In this document: positions 1-8,977 of the stretch, piece after piece
Layout of the letters: every line of letters starts with the position of its first letter
Position numbering within the stretch: position 1 is the stretch's first letter
Virus record (IMG/VR): IMGVR_UViG_3300014658_000007
Span: 1-41,308 of that record
DNA: 41,308 nt
Strand: one strand, 5' to 3'
Source of the DNA: a virus
Lineage: Duplodnaviria > Caudoviricetes
The notes under the pieces: model-generated
Databases searched by the model: none
What the model was told of the DNA's origin: nothing
Seen by the model: only the letters and a program-made list of their open reading frames with translations
Position numbers and translations under genes: made by a program

Positions 1-171
1 CTCACGCACGTCCAAGAGCGGTGCACCGCGCAGCAACTTGAGCTACGCGCCCTCAAGGCAGCCCAGTTGCTGCCCGGCTGGGTGTGCCCGGTGTGCGAGG
101 GCTTCAACGGCGACGCACGCAAGCCGCAGAGCGAGTGCCGGGCGTGCGGGCAGCCGAGGCCAGCAGGGTAA
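1..171 (+). CDS. 3' end of a protein with a C-terminal zinc ribbon (partial)
   Basis: Frame 1 is open from base 1 to TAA at 169-171 and reads ...LPGWVCPVCEGFNGDARKPQSECRACGQPRPAG*, a RanBP2-like W-x-C-x2-C-x3-N...C-x2-C pattern; not in the ORF track. Confidence 0.55.
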   Translation, partial: LTHVQERCTAQQLELRALKAAQLLPGWVCPVCEGFNGDARKPQSECRACGQPRPAG

Positions 172-241
172 AGCTTGCGTAACGGATGGGTTAGGCGTAA
201 AGGCTGAGCGCGGCAACCGGCAAAGGCAAAAGGTGGTAACT

Positions 242-634
242 ATGGGTGAAGAAAGAACATTACGGACGTTTGGGCAGCTCGTACAGTACCTCGAGGACGG
301 GCAGCTAGCATCGGACTTGGGCGACAAGCTGGCCGAGCTCAGTGGCAAGCTCGCGCGGGTGGCCGAGGCGCAGGGCAAGGCCAAGGGTGAGCTGGCGCTC
401 AAGCTCAAGTTCCAGGCGGACGCCGGCGGCACGGTGCAGCTCGATGCCGAGATTGTGCTCAAGGAGCCCAAGCCGGCGCGCCAGCGCACGGTGGCGTGGC
501 TCAACAAGGACAGCACGCTGGCGGCCGAGAACCCCAAGCAGGTGAAGCTCGCGCTGCGCGAGGTGCCTGCGCCCAAGCGGGCCGCCAAAGAGGCCGTCCC
601 ACATGACCCTGTTACCGGTGAGGTGCAGCAATGA
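242..634 (+). CDS. Phage protein, YfdP-like (usual partner upstream of DUF2303)
   Basis: ATG at 242 after AGGTGG; ...AQGKAKGELALKLKF...KEPKPAR...LAAENPKQ pattern; ATGA overlap with the DUF2303 gene. Confidence 0.65.
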   Translation: MGEERTLRTFGQLVQYLEDGQLASDLGDKLAELSGKLARVAEAQGKAKGELALKLKFQADAGGTVQLDAEIVLKEPKPARQRTVAWLNKDSTLAAENPKQVKLALREVPAPKRAAKEAVPHDPVTGEVQQ

Positions 635-1542
635 GCGAGGCAGCCAAGGTCGAGGAACTGGTCCTCGCTAGCGCCCACAAGCCGCACACCGTCACCGTCT
701 CACACGACGGCATCACGGCGCAGGTGCTCGTGGTGCCGGACGAGGGTGGTGGCTACACCATCGACACGGCGCACGAACTCGTGGCGCCGCTGCGCACTGC
801 GCCCGTGCGCCGCAAAGGCACCGCGCGGCTCACGGACCTCAACAGCCTCATCGCCCACACCAACCGCTTCAAGGACACCGACAGCCTGGTGTTCCTCGAC
901 CGTGGCCAGGGCACCACCGGCGTGCGCGGCGCCAAGCTCGTGGCGGTGCTCGACTACCACCGCAAGGGAGCTGACGCGGCGCCGCGATTCGGCGAACACC
1001 GCGGCGAGTACGCCTTCCCCATGAGCGACGAGTGGGTGGCGTGGGCCGGGCAGGACGGCAAGCCGATGGATCAGGAGCGCTTCGCTCGCTGGGTGGAGGA
1101 CCGGCTGGCGGACGTGGCGGCGCCAGAGCAGGCGGGCGACACGGCCAAGGCCTTTGCGGCCATGCTCGCGTGCGGGTTTGCCTCGCCGGCCAAGCTGCTC
1201 GAGCTCTCGCATGGCCTCGAGGCCCACGTGGGGCAGCGAGTGAAGCAGCACGTGCGCCTGGCCACCGGCGAGGTGAGCGTGCACTACATCGAGGAACACC
1301 AGGACGCGGACGGCAAGCCGCTCAAGGTGCCGGGGGCCTTCCTGCTGGGCATCCCAGTGTTCCGCGGCGGCGACCCGTACCAGCTGCCGGTGCGGCTGCG
1401 GTACCGGGTCAATCAGGGCGCCATCTCGTGGTCGTACGAGCTGCACCAGCCGCAGCGCATCCTCGACCATGCCCTGGCCGAGGCCTGCGCCGAGGTTGCC
1501 GAGCGCACGGGGCTCGACGTGCTCGACGGGGTGCCCGAGTGA
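631..1542 (+). CDS. DUF2303 / YfdQ family phage protein
   Basis: AVLDYH, PRFGEHR, SDEWVAW, MDQERFARWVED, FLLGIPVFRGG and LRYR motifs. Confidence 0.85.
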   Translation: MSEAAKVEELVLASAHKPHTVTVSHDGITAQVLVVPDEGGGYTIDTAHELVAPLRTAPVRRKGTARLTDLNSLIAHTNRFKDTDSLVFLDRGQGTTGVRGAKLVAVLDYHRKGADAAPRFGEHRGEYAFPMSDEWVAWAGQDGKPMDQERFARWVEDRLADVAAPEQAGDTAKAFAAMLACGFASPAKLLELSHGLEAHVGQRVKQHVRLATGEVSVHYIEEHQDADGKPLKVPGAFLLGIPVFRGGDPYQLPVRLRYRVNQGAISWSYELHQPQRILDHALAEACAEVAERTGLDVLDGVPE

Positions 1543-1760
1543 GCGGCTCAGGCAACGCTCGCGAGGAGCACATCATCCAGTTCTTCGAATACGCGCACCT
1601 GCCCGAGAAACTGCAGCTGGTGGCCTCACCGTTCCGTGACCTCGCGGTGGTGCTCTTGGTGCTGCCGCGCAACCCCGAGCGCACCGTGGCCCTACGCAAG
1701 CTGCTTGAGGCCAAGGACGCGGCGGTGCGCGCGGCAATTGCCAAGGACGTGCAGGGGTAA
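1539..1760 (+). CDS. Small conserved phage protein, Acb2/Tad1 helical-hairpin-like
   Basis: GTG overlapping the DUF2303 stop; QFFEYAHLP...LPRNPERTVALRKLLEAKDAAVRAAI. Confidence 0.65.
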   Translation: MSGSGNAREEHIIQFFEYAHLPEKLQLVASPFRDLAVVLLVLPRNPERTVALRKLLEAKDAAVRAAIAKDVQG

Positions 1761-1766
1761 CGCGGC

Positions 1767-2603
1767 ATGCTGCGCGACCCCTCACGCCGCGGGAAAAAAC
1801 TCGACCTCGTGCTGCTTGCCACCTGGCGGGCGGCCGAGGAGGGCCCGCACAAGCGCAGGCTGCTCGACCAGCTCGTCTGGGAAAACGAGCCCCTCGTCAA
1901 GGTCATCATCGACCAGCTCTGCGGCCGCAGCACCAGCAAGCGCAGCTTTTCGAAGCTGCCGCGCGGCGGCGAGGACTTCAGCACCATCCCATGGGAGGAT
2001 GCCTACCAGGCCGGCCTCATGGCGCTGATGAAGGCCCTGAGCTCGTACGACCCGGCCAAGGGCGGCATTGCCGGGCATCTCAGGTGGTCGTGCCTCTACC
2101 AGTTGCAGTGCATCTGCCAGCGCGAGGGCCTGAGCCGCGCGCCGCGTGGCAGCGAGCACGAGCTGCCGGCGTTCGACCTCGTGGGCGAGCAGCGTGTGCT
2201 CGACGAGCGTACGCGCGGCCACCACGAGGACGGGCTGCTCACGGCAGATGGCTGGGGCGCCGAGGATGTGCAGCGGTGGCAGGACACGGGCGAGTGGCCC
2301 GACACGCCCGAGGCAGCACTGCTCGATGCCGAGCGCGAGCGGCTGCGGCGTCTGCGGGCGGACGCCATGGGCTGGCTCAAAGACGCCATGCCGCGGCTGT
2401 TCCAGTTCCGGCGCGCGGGCCGCGTCGAGGCCTGGGCGGCGCACAATCACTACCGGCTCGACTGCCGGGCCAATAGGGCCGAGGAGCTCGAGCGGCCGGT
2501 GTTCGTGCGGGCGCTATGCGCCACGGGGCTCGTGCGGGAGTGCTGGGTGCGCACGGGGCCGTACGCCAATGGGCGCGGGCTCGCGGGGGTGCAGTATGCC
2601 TAG
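1767..2603 (+). CDS. Sigma-70 region-2-containing transcription factor with an atypical C-terminal domain
   Basis: NEPLVKVII...EDAYQAGLMALMKALSSYDPAKG...HLRW matches sigma-70 regions 2.1-2.3; no recognisable region 4. Confidence 0.7.
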   Translation: MLRDPSRRGKKLDLVLLATWRAAEEGPHKRRLLDQLVWENEPLVKVIIDQLCGRSTSKRSFSKLPRGGEDFSTIPWEDAYQAGLMALMKALSSYDPAKGGIAGHLRWSCLYQLQCICQREGLSRAPRGSEHELPAFDLVGEQRVLDERTRGHHEDGLLTADGWGAEDVQRWQDTGEWPDTPEAALLDAERERLRRLRADAMGWLKDAMPRLFQFRRAGRVEAWAAHNHYRLDCRANRAEELERPVFVRALCATGLVRECWVRTGPYANGRGLAGVQYA

Positions 2604-4135
2604 AGCGTGGCCCCTCGGCGCGCCCACATGTTCATCGAGTCCACCCACGAGGGGCCCGCCTGCGCGCGCGCCACGGCGAGCACCACGGCGTCTCGGAAGT
2701 CCGCATGGCGCCCGTCGTGCGACACCGGGCTCACGTACCGGATGGCGCCACCAGGCATCAGCCGTTTGCGCACCGTGAGCAGGTCCGCCGTGAGCTGCGG
2801 GTGCGGGCTGAGCTCGAGCCGCGTGGTACCGCCCGGCGTGCGGTCGAGCAGCAGCGTGCGGAAGTCGGCGTGGCGCCGGCTCACGTCCTCCGCGCTGTCG
2901 CGCGCCACGTGCACCGTAACCCCTGCGTAGTCGCCGTGCTCGGCCAGCAGCGAGCCGCCCCACCGGTCCGAGTACACCTCGCTAAGGCGGTACTCTCGCA
3001 GCAGCGGGGCAATCTCGGCAAACACCGTGCGGGCCTTGAGGGGCTCGCCTGGCGTACCCTGCCACTGCCGCGCGAGGGCCACGTGGTACTGCGCGCTCGT
3101 CTCTTGCCCATCCTCGTCCGCTTTGCGGCCTACCACCACCAGTGTCCACGCGTTGCCGGCGGTGGCTGGGTCCATTGCAGCCGTGTACGAGTAGCCGTCC
3201 TCGCGGCCGCGCTCGAGCGGCGCCGCACGCGTGGCCAGCTTGCACTCGGTGCTACTGAGCCAGCCATTCTCCGCATCCACGAAGAGACCGAGCACGTCGT
3301 TCTCGTACGAGCCCCGCGGGTCGAGGCGGCTGGCCTCCACCGCCGCGGGCGTCCAAAGCACCGGGTTGAGCTCTGGCCCGGTGGCGCGCACTACCACGCG
3401 GTTGTCACTCGGGTGCCCCCAGCATTCTTCCACCGTCTCGTACACCGGCCCGCGCGCCGCCCACGGCGAGCTCACCACGGCGAGCTTGGCCCAGCTGCCT
3501 TGGCTGCGCAGCAAGCGCAAGCGCTCGATGACGGCCTTGTACATGTCGTCGAAGTTGACGATGCCGTCCTCCTGCCCGAGCATGCGCGCGGCCTCGTCGA
3601 AGATGGCCGCCACCGTCCAGCGGCTCACGAGGCTGGCGCCACCGCGCCGCCCTGCCGCTACGACAATCTCGACGAGGCGCCCGTCCGGCCGCCGCAGCAC
3701 CAGGTGTTCGTCGGTGGGCTTGGGGTCCTGCATGAGGTACCGGCGCAGCACGCGCCCTGGCAGCATGGCGCCCTGGATGTGCTGCATGACGATCTTCGCC
3801 TTGTCGCGGTCGAGCGACACCACGCTCACGCGGGCCTTCTCGTGCCGCGGCAGGAAGGGCAGCTGGATGGTGAGCGCCGTGTGCACGGCGAGCGCGCCGG
3901 TGAACAGGCTCTTGCCCGTGCGGATGGCGGCGAGCAGGTAGAACTCGAGCGGGGGCCGCGTTGGCAGGCTGGCCAGCGCCGCGTCGCCGCCAAACGTGCG
4001 GCGCACCGTCTCATCGCAGGCAAGCTCACCCAGCGGCAGCCCCTCGGCCACGCGGCAGCAAGCACGCTGCACCGGGCTGGCCGTGGTGAGGCCGAAGCAA
4101 AGAGGGTGCGTGAGCAACTGCTCGAGGGTGGCCAC
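2600..4135 (-). CDS. terL: Terminase large subunit
   Basis: Walker A-like IRTGKS, Walker B AIFDEAA, coupling motif VSSP, RNase H-like nuclease AMDPA...YSDRW...HADFRDAV; GTG start at 4135 chosen (ORF open to 4183). Confidence 0.85.
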   Translation of the reverse strand: MATLEQLLTHPLCFGLTTASPVQRACCRVAEGLPLGELACDETVRRTFGGDAALASLPTRPPLEFYLLAAIRTGKSLFTGALAVHTALTIQLPFLPRHEKARVSVVSLDRDKAKIVMQHIQGAMLPGRVLRRYLMQDPKPTDEHLVLRRPDGRLVEIVVAAGRRGGASLVSRWTVAAIFDEAARMLGQEDGIVNFDDMYKAVIERLRLLRSQGSWAKLAVVSSPWAARGPVYETVEECWGHPSDNRVVVRATGPELNPVLWTPAAVEASRLDPRGSYENDVLGLFVDAENGWLSSTECKLATRAAPLERGREDGYSYTAAMDPATAGNAWTLVVVGRKADEDGQETSAQYHVALARQWQGTPGEPLKARTVFAEIAPLLREYRLSEVYSDRWGGSLLAEHGDYAGVTVHVARDSAEDVSRRHADFRTLLLDRTPGGTTRLELSPHPQLTADLLTVRKRLMPGGAIRYVSPVSHDGRHADFRDAVVLAVARAQAGPSWVDSMNMWARRGATL

Positions 4136-4145
4136 GGGTTGGCCT

Positions 4146-4724
4146 TTACTGGCGTGTGGCCTGCGGCTGGGCCAGCGCCTCATCGAGGCTCATGCCTGCC
4201 GGCAGCCCGGCCTCGTCGGCGGCCTGCGGCGCCACCTGCTTGAGCAGGCCCAGCGCTGCCTGCACTCGAGGGCTCTCGCCGCCGTAGATGGCGATGTCCT
4301 TGAGCACGTTGACGGCCAGGCGGCGCAGGTCCGCCGCTGGCGGCTCTGGCGCGTCGAGGATGGCCTGGGCGCGGTCGGCTGCTTCCTGGGCTTGCTGCGC
4401 CCGCAGCTCGGCGCGCGTGAGCTTGCCCTTGCCGCTCGGGCGCTCGCCCCCGCCGTTGCCGCCCGCCGGCGCCACGAGGTACATGTGGCCCGGCTTGCGG
4501 TACTCCCCATCCGGCCCGAGCTCGGTGCGCAGGATGGCCACGGGCGGCACTTTGCGGCGCACGCAGCCGTTGTGGCGGCGCTGCTCAGCCAGTGCAGGGT
4601 CGTGATTGCGGCAGTACCCGCTCGGGGCCTTGGCCCAGCATTGGCGCCCCTTCCCTGCGCCACCGGGGCACGGTGTACGAGGCTTGGCGCTTGGGGTGGG
4701 TGTGGGGTCCGATGGGGTGGTCAC
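4146..4724 (-). CDS. Putative terminase small subunit
   Basis: Directly upstream of terL; N-terminal C..C..C..H motif and helical C-terminus; GTG start 8 nt after a TAGCTT -10-like box. Assignment is positional. Confidence 0.5.
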   Translation of the reverse strand: MTTPSDPTPTPSAKPRTPCPGGAGKGRQCWAKAPSGYCRNHDPALAEQRRHNGCVRRKVPPVAILRTELGPDGEYRKPGHMYLVAPAGGNGGGERPSGKGKLTRAELRAQQAQEAADRAQAILDAPEPPAADLRRLAVNVLKDIAIYGGESPRVQAALGLLKQVAPQAADEAGLPAGMSLDEALAQPQATRQ

Positions 4725-4729
4725 TGGTG

Positions 4730-4739
4730 GCGAAGCTAG
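4730..4739 (-). promoter_or_regulatory. CTANNTTCG motif (CTAGCTTCGC) ahead of the terminase genes
   Basis: One of nine copies found just upstream of late-gene starts. Confidence 0.55.
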
Positions 4740-4840
4740 GGCAGCGGCGTGGCTACCTGCGGCTGGGCCATGGGTACGTAGGTATTGACCAGGTAGAGGC
4801 AGACGCCAACGACCACGAGGACGATGAGGATGCTGAGCAT
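4736..4840 (-). CDS. Short single-TM membrane peptide, possibly a truncated Thivi_2564-like protein
   Basis: MLSILIVLVVVGVCLYLVNTYVPMAQP: hydrophobic helix followed by N-x-Y-x-P-M; a second TM helix is absent. Confidence 0.4.
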   Translation of the reverse strand: MLSILIVLVVVGVCLYLVNTYVPMAQPQVATPLP

Positions 4841-4866
4841 GGCTGGCGAGAGGGCAAGTACTGGGC

Positions 4867-5232
4867 TCAGGCGGCGCCGGCTGGGTGCTCGTCGCACACG
4901 CACGGGGGCTCGTGGCCGTACCCAAGGAAGCAGAGGCAGCCGCAAGGCAGATCAGCGCAGCACGCGAGTGGCGACGGGTGCCCGTGAGCATCTAGCAGGC
5001 AGTGGCATGGGCTGTCGGCCTCGTGGCCCCGCCGGCGCGCGCATGGCGCGCCGCAGTCGAGCTCATTGCCGCACACCCGCATGGTGCCCTTGCCGCAGGC
5101 CAGGCAGCGGCTGGCCCCGCGCAGGCTCACCTCTGGGGCGAGCTCGCCGCCGCAGTGCTGACAACGCTGCTCTGTTGGTGGCTCGGCGCGGGCCTCGCGG
5201 AGGTACCGGGTGATGTCGTCGTCGAAGCTCAC
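4867..5232 (-). CDS. Cys/His-rich hypothetical protein
   Basis: CQHC, CLAC and further C/H clusters; GTGA coupling to the upstream gene. Confidence 0.55.
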   Translation of the reverse strand: MSFDDDITRYLREARAEPPTEQRCQHCGGELAPEVSLRGASRCLACGKGTMRVCGNELDCGAPCARRRGHEADSPCHCLLDAHGHPSPLACCADLPCGCLCFLGYGHEPPCVCDEHPAGAA

Positions 5233-5663
5233 GTCGCCCTCGGCAGCAGTTGGAACACATCCTCGGGCCGCTGCTCAAGGTCGCACCGGCAGCCGTGCAC
5301 GTGCTCGGCGATGGCGGGCAGGCCGAGGTGCGGCGCTGCCACACCGGCCTGCGGCTGCCGGATTGGCGTTGGCCCGACCTCAGCGTTGTCGGCGTAATCG
5401 ACAGTGTACAGGCACCGCCCGTCGCGCCGACGCGGCGTGTGGCCATCCTTGGGCGGCTCGCCCGTGCACTGCGTGGTGGCCACGTGCTTGCGCAGCGCCT
5501 GGCGGCCCAGTGCCTCGCACGTGGCCTGGCGAGCGCGGATGTCGTGCAGGCTGTAGGTGGCGAGGATGAGGCCGCAGCCGGCGCAGGTGACCTCGATGCC
5601 AGTGCGCTTCGCGGTGGCCTTGGCCTTGGCTGCTTCTTCGGTGAGGGCGCCGCGGTACTTCAT
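5229..5663 (-). CDS. Hypothetical protein with a CxxC motif
   Basis: ATG at 5663 overlapping the upstream stop (ATGA); CAGC motif. Confidence 0.55.
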   Translation of the reverse strand: MKYRGALTEEAAKAKATAKRTGIEVTCAGCGLILATYSLHDIRARQATCEALGRQALRKHVATTQCTGEPPKDGHTPRRRDGRCLYTVDYADNAEVGPTPIRQPQAGVAAPHLGLPAIAEHVHGCRCDLEQRPEDVFQLLPRAT

Positions 5664-6226
5664 TTCGGCACCACTGGCAGCCCGGCATTCTCGGCAGCGC
5701 ATTGGGCATTGCGCGTGGCCACCTCTGCGGCGGCCTTGCGCCGAGCGTTACGGAGCACGCAGGCATCCTCGCAGGTGTCCCCATAGTCGGGCACCGGCCC
5801 GCCGCACTCGCGGCAGTCATAGACGGCCTGCCCGATGCCGCGAGCGCCATCAACCGCCGCAAGTTGCTGCTGCGCGCCAAGCCCCATGTAGTGCAGCGCC
5901 AGCCGCCCCCACGCCTCTAGCGTCATGCCGTTGCCGCTGAGCATGGCCACCACGTCTCGGCCGAGGGCCACCAGCCGCGGGTCACCCGCGGGTACCGATT
6001 CATGCATATGCATTGGGTAGGGAATGTCTTCGGACCGCTTGGCCAAGCGCCGCCACCGCAGCAGCTCGCGGCCGGCCCACACGTCGAGCACCAGCAGTGC
6101 CGCCTTATCGTCCTCGGCCCATGCGCGGCCGAACTTGGCCTCAAGCTCGTCGCTCACTGCGCCGAGTTCGTCCGCTGACGCGAGCCCGATCAGTGCGGCC
6201 AGCTCGTGCAGGATGCGCTTGCCCAC
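5660..6226 (-). CDS. Hypothetical protein with a C-terminal CxxC motif
   Basis: Tightly packed in the leftward operon; CRECG...CEDAC. Confidence 0.6.
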   Translation of the reverse strand: MGKRILHELAALIGLASADELGAVSDELEAKFGRAWAEDDKAALLVLDVWAGRELLRWRRLAKRSEDIPYPMHMHESVPAGDPRLVALGRDVVAMLSGNGMTLEAWGRLALHYMGLGAQQQLAAVDGARGIGQAVYDCRECGGPVPDYGDTCEDACVLRNARRKAAAEVATRNAQCAAENAGLPVVPK

Positions 6227-6229
6227 GGC

Positions 6230-7126
6230 TCACCCCCTGCGCGGCGCTGCAGCCACGGCAGCGTTTATGGTGCCGCCGACGGTGTCGTGCAGGCACTTGG
6301 GGCATATGCTGGCCCCGCTCGTGGGGCTGCCAAAGGCAGCAGCACTCTTGAGGCACCACCAGCACCACTCGGGCGGTATGCCAAGGTCGTTGCAGACCTC
6401 CTGGCGCACGAGTGTGCCCGTCTGCGTCCAGTGCGTGTCGAGGAATGGCACCTCGCCGTCTGGCTTCCAGAACGCAGGGTCGCCGAGCGTGGAGTGGTCA
6501 AGGTCGCCGTAGAGCGCTGCGTCGTTCCACGGCACGCAGCACACGCGCTGCGGGTGGTTCTCGTACCCGAGGCTCGAGGGTACGCCGGTGTCATGCTGCA
6601 CGAGGCCCGGCATCGCGTTCCAGATGGGCTCTCGGTGCCGGAACATCATCGAGATGAGCACGTTGTCCTCATTGGCCTTGCTGCTCCAGGCCTTGGGCAC
6701 GTCGGCATAGTAGTCGAGCGCCTGCTGCGCGGTGCCGCGGCGGAAGTAGTACGCGGGCCCCGTCACATGGTACGTGCGCATCCACCGCAGGCCGCTCTCG
6801 GCGAGGCTGCGAGCCACCGGGTGCACGGTGTGCAGGCTCACGATGCGGCTGGTGGGCGCCTGCAGCTGCGCACGCACCGCGGCCACCAGGTGCGGGCTCA
6901 CCTCGACGTCGTCGTTGAGGAAAACGTCTGCCTCGCACCTGCCCGCGGCGGCAGCCTTGTACATGCGCGTGGCCCACACGCTCGAGTGCTCTCGGTTTTG
7001 GCTGCGGTGCACGTGCGGGCGCACGCCTTGAGGCTCGAGCTGCGCCATGAGCCGAGCGAGCGTGTCTTTGCGCTCCGGCATCCACTCGGCGTGCGCGATG
7101 TGAATCGAGATGCGTGCGTCAGCCAT
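6230..7126 (-). CDS. GT-A fold glycosyltransferase with a C-terminal C4 zinc finger
   Basis: IHIAH...ER start, DxD-like VFLNDDV, GPAYYF, ED, and PGLVQH motifs as in phage GT-A enzymes; C-terminal CWWC...ICPKC; ATG at 7126 after GAGG. Confidence 0.7.
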   Translation of the reverse strand: MADARISIHIAHAEWMPERKDTLARLMAQLEPQGVRPHVHRSQNREHSSVWATRMYKAAAAGRCEADVFLNDDVEVSPHLVAAVRAQLQAPTSRIVSLHTVHPVARSLAESGLRWMRTYHVTGPAYYFRRGTAQQALDYYADVPKAWSSKANEDNVLISMMFRHREPIWNAMPGLVQHDTGVPSSLGYENHPQRVCCVPWNDAALYGDLDHSTLGDPAFWKPDGEVPFLDTHWTQTGTLVRQEVCNDLGIPPEWCWWCLKSAAAFGSPTSGASICPKCLHDTVGGTINAAVAAAPRRG

Positions 7127-7862
7127 GTGCCTCACCTGCCCAGATTGAGAAGTCGTAGCCAAGCCGCTTTGCGGCCTCGAGCACCTTGGCGCGCGGGCGC
7201 TCGCCCACCTTGCGTGCCGGCACGCCCACGTAGATGCCCCACGGATCGGTGCTCTTGAGTACCAGCGCACCGGCCCCAATGAGGCAGCCTATGCCGAGCG
7301 TCACGCCTGGCATGACCATGATGCCCGTGGTGCCGATGGCGAGCGGCTCGAACACCACGGGCCGGCAGTCGACGCGCGCGTGCTCGTCCCACGGTATGGC
7401 AGGGCCCACGAGGCCTTCGCCGTCGCCACGGGCATCGCTCGCGCACACCACGCGGCTGCCCACACCGAGGGTGCTGAAGTGGTGCATCATGAGGCTGGCG
7501 TTGGCGCCGCCGATGATGCTGCATTGCGCGGCGAGGTGGACATAGTCACCCAGGTGCAGCGCCGTGGTGCAGTACACCCCCCAATCGAGGTTCGAGTGCT
7601 TGCCCACGCTCACGAGGTGCGGGCGGCGTAGCTCGGCGCCAGCGCTCACGTAGCTGCCCTCGGCGCGTTTGGCGAGCGGCGGCCCGTCGTACTGCTTGCT
7701 GTACCGGGTGCGCGGCACCATGTACCCGGCCCGCGGCATGGTCGGCACCACCGGCGGCGGCGGCGCGGTGGGGTGGCGGTTGAGCGGCACCGGCTGCGCC
7801 GCCGCGCACTCGTACCCGGCCTCGCAGCCCTCGCGCCCACAATGCATGCACACTGCTGCCAT
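7119..7862 (-). CDS. Hexapeptide-repeat (left-handed beta-helix) acyltransferase
   Basis: LGDYVHLAAQCSIIGG, VMPGVTLGIGCLIGAGALV, WGIYVGVPARKV; start at 7862/7865 coupled to the aminotransferase stop. Confidence 0.85.
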   Translation of the reverse strand: MAAVCMHCGREGCEAGYECAAAQPVPLNRHPTAPPPPVVPTMPRAGYMVPRTRYSKQYDGPPLAKRAEGSYVSAGAELRRPHLVSVGKHSNLDWGVYCTTALHLGDYVHLAAQCSIIGGANASLMMHHFSTLGVGSRVVCASDARGDGEGLVGPAIPWDEHARVDCRPVVFEPLAIGTTGIMVMPGVTLGIGCLIGAGALVLKSTDPWGIYVGVPARKVGERPRAKVLEAAKRLGYDFSIWAGEAHG

Positions 7863-8977
7863 CACGCCCCTCGCTGGTAAAAGGCCACGATTGCGTCGCA
7901 CACGCGGTGGACGTCGCTGGCAGTGAGCTGCGGGCTCGAGGGCAGCCAGAGGCCCTCGCGGCCCACGCGCTCGGCCACCGGGTAGGCGCCACTGCAGTGC
8001 GCCATGCCCTTGGCCACCCAGGCGCCCTGCTGGTGGATGGGCCCGTACATGGGGCGGGTGCCGATGCCCTCGGCGAGCAGGTGCCGCCGCAGCTCGTCGC
8101 GCCGCTCGTACAGCCCGTCGTAGAACCACGGCACGTTGCCGGGGGGCACCTCGAAGAGCGTTACGCCCGGCACGCCGCGCAGCCGCTCGGCGTATAGCTT
8201 GCCATTGGCCACCTTGCGCTCGAGGCGCCCGGCAAGCTTGGTGAGCTGCGTGAGGCCCACGCAGGCCTGCAGGTCGGTCCACTTGAAGTTCCAGCCCATG
8301 GTGGGGTGTATGTCGTTGCCCCCGCCGGTGCGGCCGAAGTCCTTGAGGCGGCGCAGCTCGGCGGCGTACTCGTCGCTGTCGGTGATGAGGCACCCGCCTT
8401 GCCCGGTGCTGATGACCTTGGGCACGCTGAAGCTGAACGAACCGAAGGCCCCCCAGCGGCCGCAGTGGCGCCCGGCCACGTAGCTGCCCAGGCCCTGCGC
8501 GGCGTCCTCAATGAGCACCAGCCCTTGCAGCCTGCACCAATCTACCCATGCTTGGATGCCCTCGCTCGGCCCCCGGCCATTGGGCGCCACGAGCACCACG
8601 GCGCGCGTGGCCGGTGTGAGCGCAGCCTTGGCCGCCTCGAGGCTCATGCAAAGCGTCTGCGGGTCCACGTCGACAAACACCACATGGGCCCCGGCGAGCG
8701 CCATGGCGTTGGCGCTCGCCACCATGGTGTAGTCGGGGACGATGACCTGGTGCGAGGGTGAGCGCCCAAGGCCCACGGCGAGCGCCGCCATGGTGAGGCT
8801 CAGCGTGCCATTGGGCGCGGCGATGCAGTGCTTGGCGCCCGTGTACTCGGCAATGGCCGCCTCGAAGGCGCGCGTGCGAGTGTGCTCGGTGACCCACCCG
8901 CCGCCGAGCATGTACCGGTAAACAGCCATGGCCTCGGCGGGGCCGAAGTCGGGTTCGAACTGCGGGATTGGCTTCAC
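7862..8977 (-). CDS. DegT/DnrJ/EryC1/StrS PLP-dependent sugar aminotransferase, GDP-perosamine synthase-like
   Basis: NGTLSL, LIEDAAQGLGS, SFSFSVPKVISTGQGG (Schiff-base Lys present), GWNFK, LWLPS. Confidence 0.9.
   Translation of the reverse strand: MKPIPQFEPDFGPAEAMAVYRYMLGGGWVTEHTRTRAFEAAIAEYTGAKHCIAAPNGTLSLTMAALAVGLGRSPSHQVIVPDYTMVASANAMALAGAHVVFVDVDPQTLCMSLEAAKAALTPATRAVVLVAPNGRGPSEGIQAWVDWCRLQGLVLIEDAAQGLGSYVAGRHCGRWGAFGSFSFSVPKVISTGQGGCLITDSDEYAAELRRLKDFGRTGGGNDIHPTMGWNFKWTDLQACVGLTQLTKLAGRLERKVANGKLYAERLRGVPGVTLFEVPPGNVPWFYDGLYERRDELRRHLLAEGIGTRPMYGPIHQQGAWVAKGMAHCSGAYPVAERVGREGLWLPSSPQLTASDVHRVCDAIVAFYQRGA

Noticed and set aside
2516-4243. 575-aa + strand ORF opposite terL
   Set aside because: Antisense shadow of a high-GC gene: Arg/His/Ala-rich with no domain motifs, unlike the intein-nested ORF
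7866-8393. Long N-terminal extensions in track ORFs 7119-8393, 10868-11866, 28111-29034 and 38-634
   Set aside because: They overlap upstream genes; coupled downstream starts fit the recognisable domains better
7862-8977. ColD-type 3-dehydratase (colitose pathway)
   Set aside because: The active-site Lys is present (SVPKVIS), whereas ColD has His at this position
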